The notes under the pieces were generated by a model. That model saw only the letters and a list, made by a program, of their open reading frames with translations. It was not told the DNA's origin and did not search any database. Below, one piece after another: positions 53,443 through 62,796 of a DNA stretch of 64,000 bases. Location of the stretch: assembly GCA_930990125.1 (NCBI GenBank), contig CAKNOI010000002.1, positions 16,328 through 80,327 of the forward strand. Direction: 5' to 3'. This stretch comes from an uncultured Clostridiaceae bacterium (GTDB lineage: Bacteria > Bacillota > Clostridia > TANB77 > CAG-508). A program made the position numbers and the translations under genes. The number at the start of each line of letters is the position of its first letter. The first letter of the stretch is position 1.

Positions 53443-54980
53443 ATGTTATCTATTGTTCATAGTATGTGTTTACATGGCTTGAATGGCTTTTTTATTCATG
53501 TCCAAGTAGATATTTCTCCTGGTATGCCCTATTGGGAAATTGTTGGGCTACCAGATGTTAGTGTCCGCGAATCCAAAGAAAGAGTTCGTACCGCGATTAA
53601 AAATTCTGGTTACGATTTTCCCAGTCGACGTATTGTTGTTAATTTAGCTCCTGCCAACCTAAAAAAAGAAGGTGCCTTTTTGGATTTACCTATTGCCGTT
53701 GGTATTTTAATGGATTTAGAAATTATTTCTTCTTTTGACTATTCTTCTCTTATCTTTCTTGGCGAACTTTCTTTGGATGGTACCATTAATCCTATTCATG
53801 GCGTTTTACCTATGTGCATTGAAGCAAAAAAACTTGGTATTTCTAAAGTAATTGTTCCTTCTGCTAATGCCAAAGAAGCTTCTATTGTTTCTGGTTTAGA
53901 TGTAATTGGAGTCCGTAATTTACAAGAAGTAGTACATTATTTAAATGGCGAATTGGTACTGCTTCCTGAACAGAGTGACCCCTTAAAACTTTTTTCTCCT
54001 TCTTCTTCCTCTTATCTGGATTTTGCCGATGTAAAAGGGCAAGAAAATATAAAACGCGCCTTAGAAATAGCAGCTGCTGGTGCTCATAATTGCCTTTTAA
54101 TTGGCAATCCACGGTTCTCGGGAAAACCATGATGGCAAGAAGACTGCCTTCTATTTTACCAGATTTAAGTTTTGAAGAAGCTTTGGAAATTACTAAAATT
54201 CATAGTATTGCCGGCACTCTCCCTTCGGCTATGCCTTTACTAACCACAAGACCTTTTCGCTCTCCCCATCATACCATTTCTGCTACTTCCTTAGTGGGTG
54301 GTGGCAAAATTCCAAAACCTGGAGAAATTAGTTTAGCACATTTTGGTGTACTATTTTTAGACGAACTTCCCGAATTTAATAAAAAAACGTTAGAAGTATT
54401 ACGTGCCCCTTTAGAAGATAAGGTTGTTACCATTAGTCGTGTTAATGCTTCTCTTACCTACCCTTGTAACTTTATGTTTGTAGCTTCCATGAACCCTTGT
54501 CCATGTGGATTTTATGGTTCCAAAGAAAAAGATTGTACATGCACTCCACAAGCTATTTCCCGTTATATGAATAAAATTAGCGGTCCTTTATTAGATAGAA
54601 TCGATATTCAAATAGAAGTCACCCCTGTTGCTTACGAAAAATTAGACTCTACCGCATCGTTAGAAACCTCATGCAAAATACGTAAACGTGTTAATATGGC
54701 ACGTACCAGACAAATAGAACGTTATGCTTCTTATGGTATTTTTTCTAACTCTGAACTTACACCTTCTTTAATAGACAAGTACTGTATTCTTGACGAATCT
54801 AGTAAACAATTACTGCAAAATGCTTTTCAAAAGTTAAACTTAAGTGCTAGAGCGTATCATCGTATTTTAAAAGTAGCAAGAACCATAGCAGATTTAGATG
54901 AAAAGGATAAAATAGAAGTAAAACATGTGGCAGAAGCGATTCAATATAGAAATTTAGACCGTAAATATTGGAAAAATTAG
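53443..54980 (+). pseudogene. comM: YifB/ComM-family Mg-chelatase-like AAA+ ATPase, disrupted by a frameshift inside the Walker A motif
   Basis: N-terminal Lon-like domain ([17 protein letters not shown]...). The frame 1 product ends ...[20 protein letters not shown] and frame 2 continues ...[16 protein letters not shown]... The expected [17 protein letters not shown] is split at about 54100..54125. The remainder is intact to 54980. Confidence 0.7.
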
Positions 54981-54988
54981 GTGATGTG

Positions 54989-55843
54989 ATGAAGTATACT
55001 GTTTTATCCCTTGAGCAGGAATGCTACCCTAAAGCATTGCAACAAATTTCTAATCCCCCTCAAAATCTTTACGCACTTGGTAACTTATCTTTACTTTCTT
55101 CTAACTCTATTCTTGCCATTGTAGGTTCTCGCGACTGTACCGAATATGGTAGAAACCAAGCTTTTCGCTTTGCTAAAGAATTGTCACAAAACCACTATAC
55201 CATAATTAGTGGACTTGCTATTGGTATTGATTCGTCAACGCATATTGGTGCTTTACAAGGAGAAGGAAATACTATTGCCGTATTAGGTAGTGGATTTTCT
55301 CATATTTATCCAGAAGAAAACATATGGTTATTTCATCAAATTCTACAAAAAGGAGGTTGCATCCTTTCCGAATATCCGCCCGATACCGAAGTATCTATGA
55401 AAAATTTTCCGAAAAGAAACCGTATTATTAGTGGTATTGCACATGGTGTTTTGGTGGTAGAAGCTGGTTTTCGAAGTGGTAGTACTATTACTGCTCGCCA
55501 AGCCCGTGATTTACAAAAAAATATTTTCTGTCTTCCTAGTAATATTACCTCTAAAAATAGTATGGGTACCCATATCCTCATTCGTCAAGGTGCAGAGCTT
55601 GTTTTTTCCCCTTCTCAAATAATAGAAAAAATGAAGTCTATTCCAACTACTTCTCCCCCTACTCCTTTCATTCCTGAAAACTATCAGGCAGTCTATCATT
55701 TGCTACTCTCTGGCCCACTTTCTATTAACCAGATAGCCAAAAGCCTTTCTCTTAATTTACCTCAGCTACAATCGCTTTTGACAATGATGGAATTGGATGG
55801 ATTTGTAGAACAATTACCCGGAAATGAATTTAAACGAAAATAG
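54989..55843 (+). CDS. dprA: DNA-processing protein DprA (Smf)
   Basis: Rossmann-like DprA core (ILAIVGSRDCTEYGRNQAFRFAKEL...ISGLAIGIDSSTHIGAL...GVLVVEAGFRSGSTITARQA). Confidence 0.85.
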   Translation: MKYTVLSLEQECYPKALQQISNPPQNLYALGNLSLLSSNSILAIVGSRDCTEYGRNQAFRFAKELSQNHYTIISGLAIGIDSSTHIGALQGEGNTIAVLGSGFSHIYPEENIWLFHQILQKGGCILSEYPPDTEVSMKNFPKRNRIISGIAHGVLVVEAGFRSGSTITARQARDLQKNIFCLPSNITSKNSMGTHILIRQGAELVFSPSQIIEKMKSIPTTSPPTPFIPENYQAVYHLLLSGPLSINQIAKSLSLNLPQLQSLLTMMELDGFVEQLPGNEFKRK

Positions 55844-55855
55844 GAGAAAGCCTTT

Positions 55856-56212
55856 ATGAATGAAAAACGTAAGCTTGGAAATTTTGGAGAAGAATTAGCC
55901 ACCCAATATCTAAAGAAATTAGGATATCAAATTCTTGCACGAAACTATTTTTGTAGAAATGGCGAAATTGATATTATTGCAAAAGATAAGATAGAATTAG
56001 TTTTTATTGAGGTAAAAACAAGAACCAACCAGCACTTTGGACCTCCCATTGATGCCATTGACGAGCGAAAAAGAAAACACTTATTAAAAACAATTACTTA
56101 CTACTTATATACGCATCATTTAGAAAATAGTTTTGTTCGTGTGGATGCTATCGAAGTCTTCCAAAAACAAGACGGAGACTATGAAATTCATCATATTAAG
56201 CAAATTGTATAA
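55856..56212 (+). CDS. yraN: YraN-family (UPF0102) putative endonuclease
   Basis: GEELATQYLKKLGYQILARNYFCRNGEIDIIAKD...VFIEVKTR motif. Confidence 0.8.
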   Translation: MNEKRKLGNFGEELATQYLKKLGYQILARNYFCRNGEIDIIAKDKIELVFIEVKTRTNQHFGPPIDAIDERKRKHLLKTITYYLYTHHLENSFVRVDAIEVFQKQDGDYEIHHIKQIV

Positions 56213-56283
56213 CATGAGCAATTCTTTACTTCTTATGTTTCTCATGCTATAATACCACCATCTATTAGTAAAAGAGGTTAGTT

Positions 56284-58107
56284 ATGAATACATCTGCACA
56301 AGAAATTTTAAAAATACATTTTGGTTATGAAACCTTCCGAAAAGGACAAGAGGAATTAATATCCCATATTCTAAAAAAAGAAGACTGCCTTGGGATTATG
56401 CCAACAGGTGCGGGAAAATCTATTTGTTATCAGGTTCCTGCTATGTTATTAGACGGTATTACCCTTGTTATTTCTCCTCTTATCTCTTTAATGAAAGACC
56501 AAGTAGATTCTCTTAATGAAATTGGTATTCCTGCCACGTATTTAAACAGTTCCTTATCAGAAAGAGATTATATTCAAACCATAGAAAATATTTTTCATCG
56601 CATCTATAAAATTGTATATGTTTCGCCAGAAAAATTACTTTCCGATTCTTTTATACAACTAATTACGAACTTTCCTATCTCTATGGTCGCAGTGGATGAG
56701 GCACATTGTGTATCTAGATGGGGACATGATTTTAGACCTAGCTTTTGCGAAATTGCCTCTGTTATTGCCAAACTTATCCCTAGACCTATTGTTACCGCTT
56801 TTACTGCCACCGCTACCGAAAGAGTAAAAGAAGATATTATTCAGGTTTTGCAATTAGAACACCCATTTACTTTGACCACTGGATTTAACAGAAGTAATTT
56901 ATACTTTTCGGTACAATCACCAGAAAATAAAAAAGAATATCTGCTTTCCTTTTTAAAGCAACATCCTCATACTTCTGGAATTATTTATTGCTCTACGAGA
57001 AAAATTGTAGAAGAATTGTTTACTTTTTTGGAAGGACATTCTTTCTCTGTTTGCAAATATCATGCTGGTATGAGCGAACAGCAACGAGAAGAAGCACAAA
57101 ATGCATTTGTTTATGATAGACAAGAAATTATGATTGCAACCAATGCCTTTGGAATGGGAATTGATAAATCCAATGTACATTATGTAGTGCATTATAACAT
57201 GCCTAAAGATTTAGAAAGCTACTACCAAGAAGCCGGACGTGCCGGACGCGATGGCGATAAAGCAGAATGTGTACTTTTGTTCCATCGTTCTGATATTGTG
57301 ATGAATAAATTCTTAATTGAACAATCTTGTTCTAAGGAAAATGCAAAAAAAGAATATCAAAAATTAAATGAAATAATTGATTATTGCAATACTAACAAGT
57401 GTTTACGAAAATATATTTTAGAATATTTTGGCGAGAATCCTGATTTTGAAAATTGCCATTTTTGTTCTAATTGCAATTCTGAAGTACAAGTGACCGATAT
57501 TACGATTGATTGTCAAAAAATTCTTTCCTGTATTAAAAGAATGCGAGAAAGATTTGGTGCGGGAATGGTAACCGATGTACTAAAGGGAGCTAATACCTCT
57601 AAGATAAAAGAATTGCAATTTCAGACATTATCTACCTATGGAATTATGAAAGAGTATTCAAAAGATACTATACGTGATTTGATTTCATTTTTGATTGCCG
57701 AAGGATATATTAAAAGTAACGAAAGTAAGTACCCCACTTTATCTTTAACCCCTTTAGCCAATACGGTGCTATTTGAGCATAAAGAAGTATTTATTAAAAA
57801 GAAAATTGAAAAAATAGTAAAACCAGAAAAAAAGTCCGAAAAGGCCCAAGACTCTATGGATTATGATACAGAGCTATTTGAAATTTTACGCAACTTACGT
57901 AGAGAAATTTCAAATGAAGCTCATATTCCACCTTTTATTGTATTTACGGACGTAACCTTAAAACAAATGGCGTCCTTTTACCCTACCACAGAAGAAAGTA
58001 TGCTACATATTAGCGGTGTAGGAGATGTAAAGTTTGAAAAATACGGAACTGTTTTTTTGCAAGCTATTAAGGATTATATTGAAACAAAAGGAAAAGATAG
58101 AATGTAA
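56284..58107 (+). CDS. recQ: ATP-dependent DNA helicase RecQ
   Basis: Motifs I (MPTGAGKS) and II (DEAH in VAVDEAHCVSRWGHDFRP); zinc-binding cysteines (CLRKYILEYFGE...CHFCSNC); HRDC-like C-terminus. Confidence 0.9.
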   Translation: MNTSAQEILKIHFGYETFRKGQEELISHILKKEDCLGIMPTGAGKSICYQVPAMLLDGITLVISPLISLMKDQVDSLNEIGIPATYLNSSLSERDYIQTIENIFHRIYKIVYVSPEKLLSDSFIQLITNFPISMVAVDEAHCVSRWGHDFRPSFCEIASVIAKLIPRPIVTAFTATATERVKEDIIQVLQLEHPFTLTTGFNRSNLYFSVQSPENKKEYLLSFLKQHPHTSGIIYCSTRKIVEELFTFLEGHSFSVCKYHAGMSEQQREEAQNAFVYDRQEIMIATNAFGMGIDKSNVHYVVHYNMPKDLESYYQEAGRAGRDGDKAECVLLFHRSDIVMNKFLIEQSCSKENAKKEYQKLNEIIDYCNTNKCLRKYILEYFGENPDFENCHFCSNCNSEVQVTDITIDCQKILSCIKRMRERFGAGMVTDVLKGANTSKIKELQFQTLSTYGIMKEYSKDTIRDLISFLIAEGYIKSNESKYPTLSLTPLANTVLFEHKEVFIKKKIEKIVKPEKKSEKAQDSMDYDTELFEILRNLRREISNEAHIPPFIVFTDVTLKQMASFYPTTEESMLHISGVGDVKFEKYGTVFLQAIKDYIETKGKDRM

Positions 58108-58138
58108 TCTCTATCTTTTCCTTTTTGGTATGTACTTC

Positions 58139-58552
58139 TTATTTATTTTCTTTCCATATTTTTTGTAATAATTCTTTTGTATTGGAATATGTAATCTTTT
58201 GAAGAGCCTCTGTAAACTCTAACCATTGTATCTGGCTTACTTCCTCTTCCTGTGGTTTTATGGTTCCTCCTACTTTTTCTGCTAGGAAAAATACAACTTG
58301 TTTATTGTTGCCTTTGTCTGTTCTATATTCCATAGTGTATCTTTTATCACCTTGAATTTCCACTTCTAATCCGGTTTCTTCTTTTACCTCTCGAATAGCC
58401 GTTTCTTTTTCCGTTTCTCCCGCTTCTACATGTCCTTTAGGAAATCCCCAATGCCCTATTTTGTGTTGTATTAATAAGACTTTATTATTTTCCATAATAA
58501 CACATCCACAAGATTTTTCTTGTATATCATTTTCCTCTTTATTTTTATCCAT
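58139..58552 (-). CDS. NUDIX hydrolase
   Basis: Nudix box GHWGFPKGHVEAGETEKETAIREVKEETGLEVE. Confidence 0.85.
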   Translation of the reverse strand: MDKNKEENDIQEKSCGCVIMENNKVLLIQHKIGHWGFPKGHVEAGETEKETAIREVKEETGLEVEIQGDKRYTMEYRTDKGNNKQVVFFLAEKVGGTIKPQEEEVSQIQWLEFTEALQKITYSNTKELLQKIWKENK

Positions 58553-58590
58553 TTTTCTAACTCCTATTTTAAGTTTTTATTTTTTACTGT

Positions 58591-58947
58591 CTATCCAAAG
58601 AACTTCTCCCACTTTTCTTCTTTAAATCCGATTAAAATTCCTTTGTCTGTTATACAAAGTGGTCTTTTGATTAACATTCCATCACTAGCTAATAATGCTA
58701 TTTTCTCTTTTTCTGTCATGGTTGGTAGTTTTTCTTTAAGCTGTAATTCCTTGTATTTTAGGCCACTGGTATTAAACCACTTTTTTATCTCTTCTCCACT
58801 TTCCTTTATCCACTTTTCTAATTCGTTTTCGGTAGGAACATCTGTTACAATGTTTCTATCTGTAAATTCCACATTGTGTTCTATAAGCCACTTCTTTGCC
58901 TTTTGGCAAGTAGAACATTTAGGATATTCAATAAAAAGATTTTTCAT
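58591..58947 (-). CDS. ArsC/Spx/MgsR-family thioredoxin-fold protein
   Basis: N-terminal CxxC (YPKCSTCQKAKKWL) and ArsC-family fold. Preferred start is MKNLF, with a GGAGGT RBS formed by the upstream in-frame codons. Confidence 0.7.
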   Translation of the reverse strand: MKNLFIEYPKCSTCQKAKKWLIEHNVEFTDRNIVTDVPTENELEKWIKESGEEIKKWFNTSGLKYKELQLKEKLPTMTEKEKIALLASDGMLIKRPLCITDKGILIGFKEEKWEKFFG

Positions 58948-59017
58948 ATATTTTACCTCCATTGAGTTAGATTATATCATTCTATTATTGGTACGTCTAT
59001 AGGATGATGCAAGAAAC

Positions 59018-61363
59018 TTATTTCTCTTCTATTAATGTGTAACCAGCAATTTTATATCCTTTCATTCTTCTAATATACATTTTCTCTAATACTTTCATAT
59101 TATCCAAATAATCATAGACCATTACTTTATTTTTATTTTCATGTTCTCTATGAAGTCTACCTACATATTGTATAATCCTACCTTTCCAAGAGATTGGCAT
59201 AGTTAAAAATAAAGTATCTAGCCTACTATCATCAAATCCTTCCCCTATGGAACTGCTTGTCGCTAAAATTATTCTTGATTCATTATTTCTATCAGCTTCA
59301 TCAATAGCGTCTCGAATTTCTTTTGATTTTTTCTTTCCCATTGCTCCTTTATAAATAACAACTGGAACATTTATACTATCTAATTCTTCTTTTAATATTT
59401 TCAAATGTTCTACCCTCTCTGTTAAAACAATAGGAATTCTACCCTCTAAAACACATCTCTTTATATCTTGAACTATCATATTATTCCTAAATATATTATG
59501 ACACATGTCATTTAAGATTTCTGAAATTTGTATTTTGTCTTTTTCTTCAGTAGAAATATATTTATAACCTGTACTCTTTACAATTACTACATGTTCCATT
59601 TCTTTATTTTGTTTTAATTCGCGATTTGCTACTCTAACTCTTATGTCCCCACATTGCATATAAATAATTTTATGCCATCCATCTTTTCTTGTAGGTGTTG
59701 CTGTTAACCCATATACATATTTACTTCTTATAGCTTTCAGTACTTTTTCAAAACTAAATGCAGCAACATGATGACATTCATCTATTATAACAAGCCCATA
59801 GTCCTTAACTATCTCATCTAAATTGTCTTTCTTAGCCAACGATTGAAAACTAGCTACATCTAATTTACCATTTAAATTTTCTTTACTCGCTCCAATTTGT
59901 CCTATTTCTTTTTTATTTATATTTAAGAAATATGATAATCTTTCTTTCCATTGTTCTAATAAATTATTTCTATTTACTATAACCAAAGTATTTGTTTTTA
60001 ATTCTGAAATAATTTTAGCTCCTATAACAGTTTTTCCGAAACCTGTAGTAGCACATAATATTCCTGTTTCATATTTTAATATCTCATCTTTTACCTTTTC
60101 TTGCTTTTTATTTAATTCTCCTATAAATGTATAATCTGTATTAATTTCTTTCTCTCTTGTATCTTTAATAATTAATTTAACATTGCTTTTTTCACATACT
60201 TCTTTAATTTTATCTATGCACCCTCTAGGTAATTTTAGGAATCTATCATCTTCCTCAAAACAACTTATAATCCTTGGTGTTTTATATATAGGTAGTCTTA
60301 ATTTTTGTTTTTCATAAAATTCTGGATTAGTAAAACTAGCTAATCTTTTTAAATAAGATACTTCATTTGGTAACAATTTTAATTTTTTAACATAAATCAT
60401 ATTATCAAATATACATTCTACATTATTTACAAATTTAACTTCTCTTAAATTTTCTTTTTTAGGCAATTCATCTTCTTCTAGTTGCTCCACATCGGGTTCT
60501 TTATAATCATCTTCCCTATATTTATTAACAAAATTATAAACATCATCACTTTTAATTCTTTTTATATTTTTCAAAATTTCAAATTGATTTTTTTCTGGCT
60601 CAAAATATTTATTTACAAAAACTGTATTTCCACTCTTGCTACTTTCCCCCTGAAAAGGTAATGCTATTAGATTGCCAAATCCACCTTTAGGCATTGTATC
60701 CTGGTTTGGAAATAACCTATCATATGAGTCTAAATCCAATGATTCTTTCTCCATTGTTTTTGTTAAAAGAATATTCCCCATTTTTCTAGCAATATTTGCT
60801 GGCATATTTTTTTCAAAAAATATCCATACATGCGCTCCATTTCCAGATCGCGATTTTTCAACATACATTGGTATATTTAGTTCATCACATATATTCCAAA
60901 ATGCTAATACATCTTTCTCATAAGTCTTTTTATCAAAATCTATTGCTAGAAAATTACATAAATCTCCCGGTAATAGTGGGTAAATTCCTATAGTTATTTT
61001 CCCTTGTAAATGTTTTAATATAGTATCTTCTGTTAAAGGTTGTAATTCTCTAAAGGTACAATTATTACATGTAATTCTTGTCTTATCACATTTATATGTT
61101 TTAAATTCATTCATACATACTGGTGAATACCCTGATTTTCCGGTTTTACTACTTGTCCACCTTTTTGCATAAATATCTGTCCTTCCTTTAAATATTTCCA
61201 TAAATATTTTTATTTTTTCTTCAGTTGAAATAGCTTTTGTTTCTTTACTTATTTCTTTTTCTTCTACTTTTCTGTCTAATTTTCCATACAATTTTTCTTT
61301 TAGTTCTTTATTTTCTTTTTCTAATTCTTTTAATCTTTCTATTAATTCTTCCTTTTCTAACAA
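59018..61363 (-). CDS. Prim-Pol (archaeo-eukaryotic primase-type) domain fused to an SF2 DEAD/DEAH-type helicase, with N-terminal coiled coil and Cys cluster
   Basis: AEP motifs: LAIDFD (DxD) and SRSGNGAHVWIFF (sG.G.H), plus GIYPL. Cys cluster CMNEFKTYKCDKTRITCNNC. C-terminal helicase motifs: Walker A TGFGKT, DEAH-box DECHH, motif III LTATPTR and helicase-C motifs. Very AT-rich codon usage. Confidence 0.7.
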   Translation of the reverse strand: MLEKEELIERLKELEKENKELKEKLYGKLDRKVEEKEISKETKAISTEEKIKIFMEIFKGRTDIYAKRWTSSKTGKSGYSPVCMNEFKTYKCDKTRITCNNCTFRELQPLTEDTILKHLQGKITIGIYPLLPGDLCNFLAIDFDKKTYEKDVLAFWNICDELNIPMYVEKSRSGNGAHVWIFFEKNMPANIARKMGNILLTKTMEKESLDLDSYDRLFPNQDTMPKGGFGNLIALPFQGESSKSGNTVFVNKYFEPEKNQFEILKNIKRIKSDDVYNFVNKYREDDYKEPDVEQLEEDELPKKENLREVKFVNNVECIFDNMIYVKKLKLLPNEVSYLKRLASFTNPEFYEKQKLRLPIYKTPRIISCFEEDDRFLKLPRGCIDKIKEVCEKSNVKLIIKDTREKEINTDYTFIGELNKKQEKVKDEILKYETGILCATTGFGKTVIGAKIISELKTNTLVIVNRNNLLEQWKERLSYFLNINKKEIGQIGASKENLNGKLDVASFQSLAKKDNLDEIVKDYGLVIIDECHHVAAFSFEKVLKAIRSKYVYGLTATPTRKDGWHKIIYMQCGDIRVRVANRELKQNKEMEHVVIVKSTGYKYISTEEKDKIQISEILNDMCHNIFRNNMIVQDIKRCVLEGRIPIVLTERVEHLKILKEELDSINVPVVIYKGAMGKKKSKEIRDAIDEADRNNESRIILATSSSIGEGFDDSRLDTLFLTMPISWKGRIIQYVGRLHREHENKNKVMVYDYLDNMKVLEKMYIRRMKGYKIAGYTLIEEK

Positions 61364-61542
61364 AGCTATCCCCTCCTTTTATGCCTATATATTATATACC
61401 ATTTTCAAGATTTTATCAAATTATGTAAATTTAAGCAGTTCTGTGGTATTTCCAAATTTAACTTTTTGTATAACCTAACGCAAAAAAGTAAGCTTTCACC
61501 CATAATGAAGAATACCAGTAATCATTGAAATCACTAACTTTT

Positions 61543-61589
61543 TGGGTTGCGGGGGTAAGACTCGAACTTACGACCTTCGGGTTATGAGC
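61543..61589 (-). other. 47-nt 3' fragment of an initiator-tRNA-Met-like gene (anticodon loop CUCAUAA through acceptor 3' strand); putative integration-site (att) remnant
   Basis: Minus-strand reading: CTCATAACCCGAAGGTC GTAAG TTCGAGT CTTAC CCCCGCAACCC. It is identical to Bacillus-type tRNA-fMet from the anticodon loop through the variable loop and at the acceptor 3' strand. No complementary 5' acceptor/D-arm sequence lies upstream. Confidence 0.6.
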
Positions 61590-61708
61590 GAGACCTGATC
61601 ACTTTTTGTAAGTTTGTGAAAATTAGAGTTTTTGTTGGTATTTAGCTATTTACGAGAGTTTTGTTTTGCAGAACATTTGTGCATTTTTAGGACATTTTTT
61701 GAGAAGAT

Positions 61709-61730
61709 TTTACCCAATTTTTACCCAATT
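61709..61730. repeat. Tandem direct repeat tttacccaatt x2 upstream of the 61815 gene
   Basis: Direct reading. Confidence 0.7.
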
Positions 61731-61814
61731 GATACTGTACATTTGTTCTTACAGTTTCAGCTCTTGTAAAGAATATTTTATTAATAAAAATTTTAATTTT
61801 GGAGGATTTAGATT

Positions 61815-62108
61815 ATGAATAATTTTAGAGAAGTTAATGATGATATTTTAAAAGATTGGTTAGATTTTAGAGAGGAAACAGACCTTGCTTTTGTTAATGA
61901 CGAAGATAGAAAGCATACCATTAAATTTGATGAGATTTCAGAAAAAATTTTAAATAGTATTCCTAAGCAGAATAGAAAATTTGTAGAGAAACAACTTGAA
62001 TTACTTAATTCTAGCTTTTTAGATTATATTGTTTATTGGAATGAGAAATATTATAGAAATGGTTTTTGTGATGGAGTTGAGTTGATTATCGGCTGTATTG
62101 ATAGATAG
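61815..62108 (+). CDS. Hypothetical protein (97 aa)
   Basis: GGAGG RBS (tttggaggatttagattATG); no recognisable motif. Confidence 0.45.
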   Translation: MNNFREVNDDILKDWLDFREETDLAFVNDEDRKHTIKFDEISEKILNSIPKQNRKFVEKQLELLNSSFLDYIVYWNEKYYRNGFCDGVELIIGCIDR

Positions 62109-62239
62109 TTAAAATTAATCCAAAGTTTTTTCAAAATTTTGAAAAAACTTTGGATTTTTAGGTACTTTTTTCAAATTGGTGAAAAATATTAATAATTAAC
62201 CTAATATTATTAAAATCTAAAGATAAAATTCTATATTTC

Positions 62240-62785
62240 TTATTTTTTAGCAATAAATATATCATTAGATATAAAAAATCCCTTTATATCTAAATTGTTT
62301 TTACTTATATTTTTTAAATCTGTAATGTCATAATTCGTTATTAACACAGTATCGTTATTAATCCTATATGAAATATATCCAAAAGAAGACCATAAAGGAT
62401 TTAAATACAATAAATTTAACCTAATATATAAGTATCCTATTAGTATAAATAAAAATATGTTTACAATAATTTCATATTTATCCATATTATTTACAGTTAA
62501 AATTGGAATAATATACGTCATGATATAACTAATTATAGTATCATCTGGTCTTTCTATATTTTCAATTTTTATTTTCTTAGTTCCACAACTGCTGAATTTT
62601 ATAAATAGTAAACTTCCTATTGATAATATTATTGCTATTAACATGGATACTAAAAAAATTATTGTTGAAAAGTTTCTTAATTCTTCCTTAGAATTATAAT
62701 TATCAATATTTAATATTAAAAGAAAAATATATAACGGAAAATATGATGATACAAATAAGATACATTTTATCAATATTCTCTTCAA
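62240..62785 (-). CDS. Small integral membrane protein (4 predicted TM, 181 aa)
   Basis: Four hydrophobic segments and a roughly 50-aa C-terminal soluble tail. Starts 11 nt after the stop of the upstream gene, so operonic. Confidence 0.5.
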   Translation of the reverse strand: MKRILIKCILFVSSYFPLYIFLLILNIDNYNSKEELRNFSTIIFLVSMLIAIILSIGSLLFIKFSSCGTKKIKIENIERPDDTIISYIMTYIIPILTVNNMDKYEIIVNIFLFILIGYLYIRLNLLYLNPLWSSFGYISYRINNDTVLITNYDITDLKNISKNNLDIKGFFISNDIFIAKK

Positions 62786-62796
62786 TATAACTCCTC

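Noticed and set aside
61543-61625. Intact tRNA-Met gene on the minus strand
   Set aside because: Only the anticodon-loop-to-3'-end portion is present. Upstream sequence has no complementary 5' acceptor strand or D-arm, so it is called a fragment.
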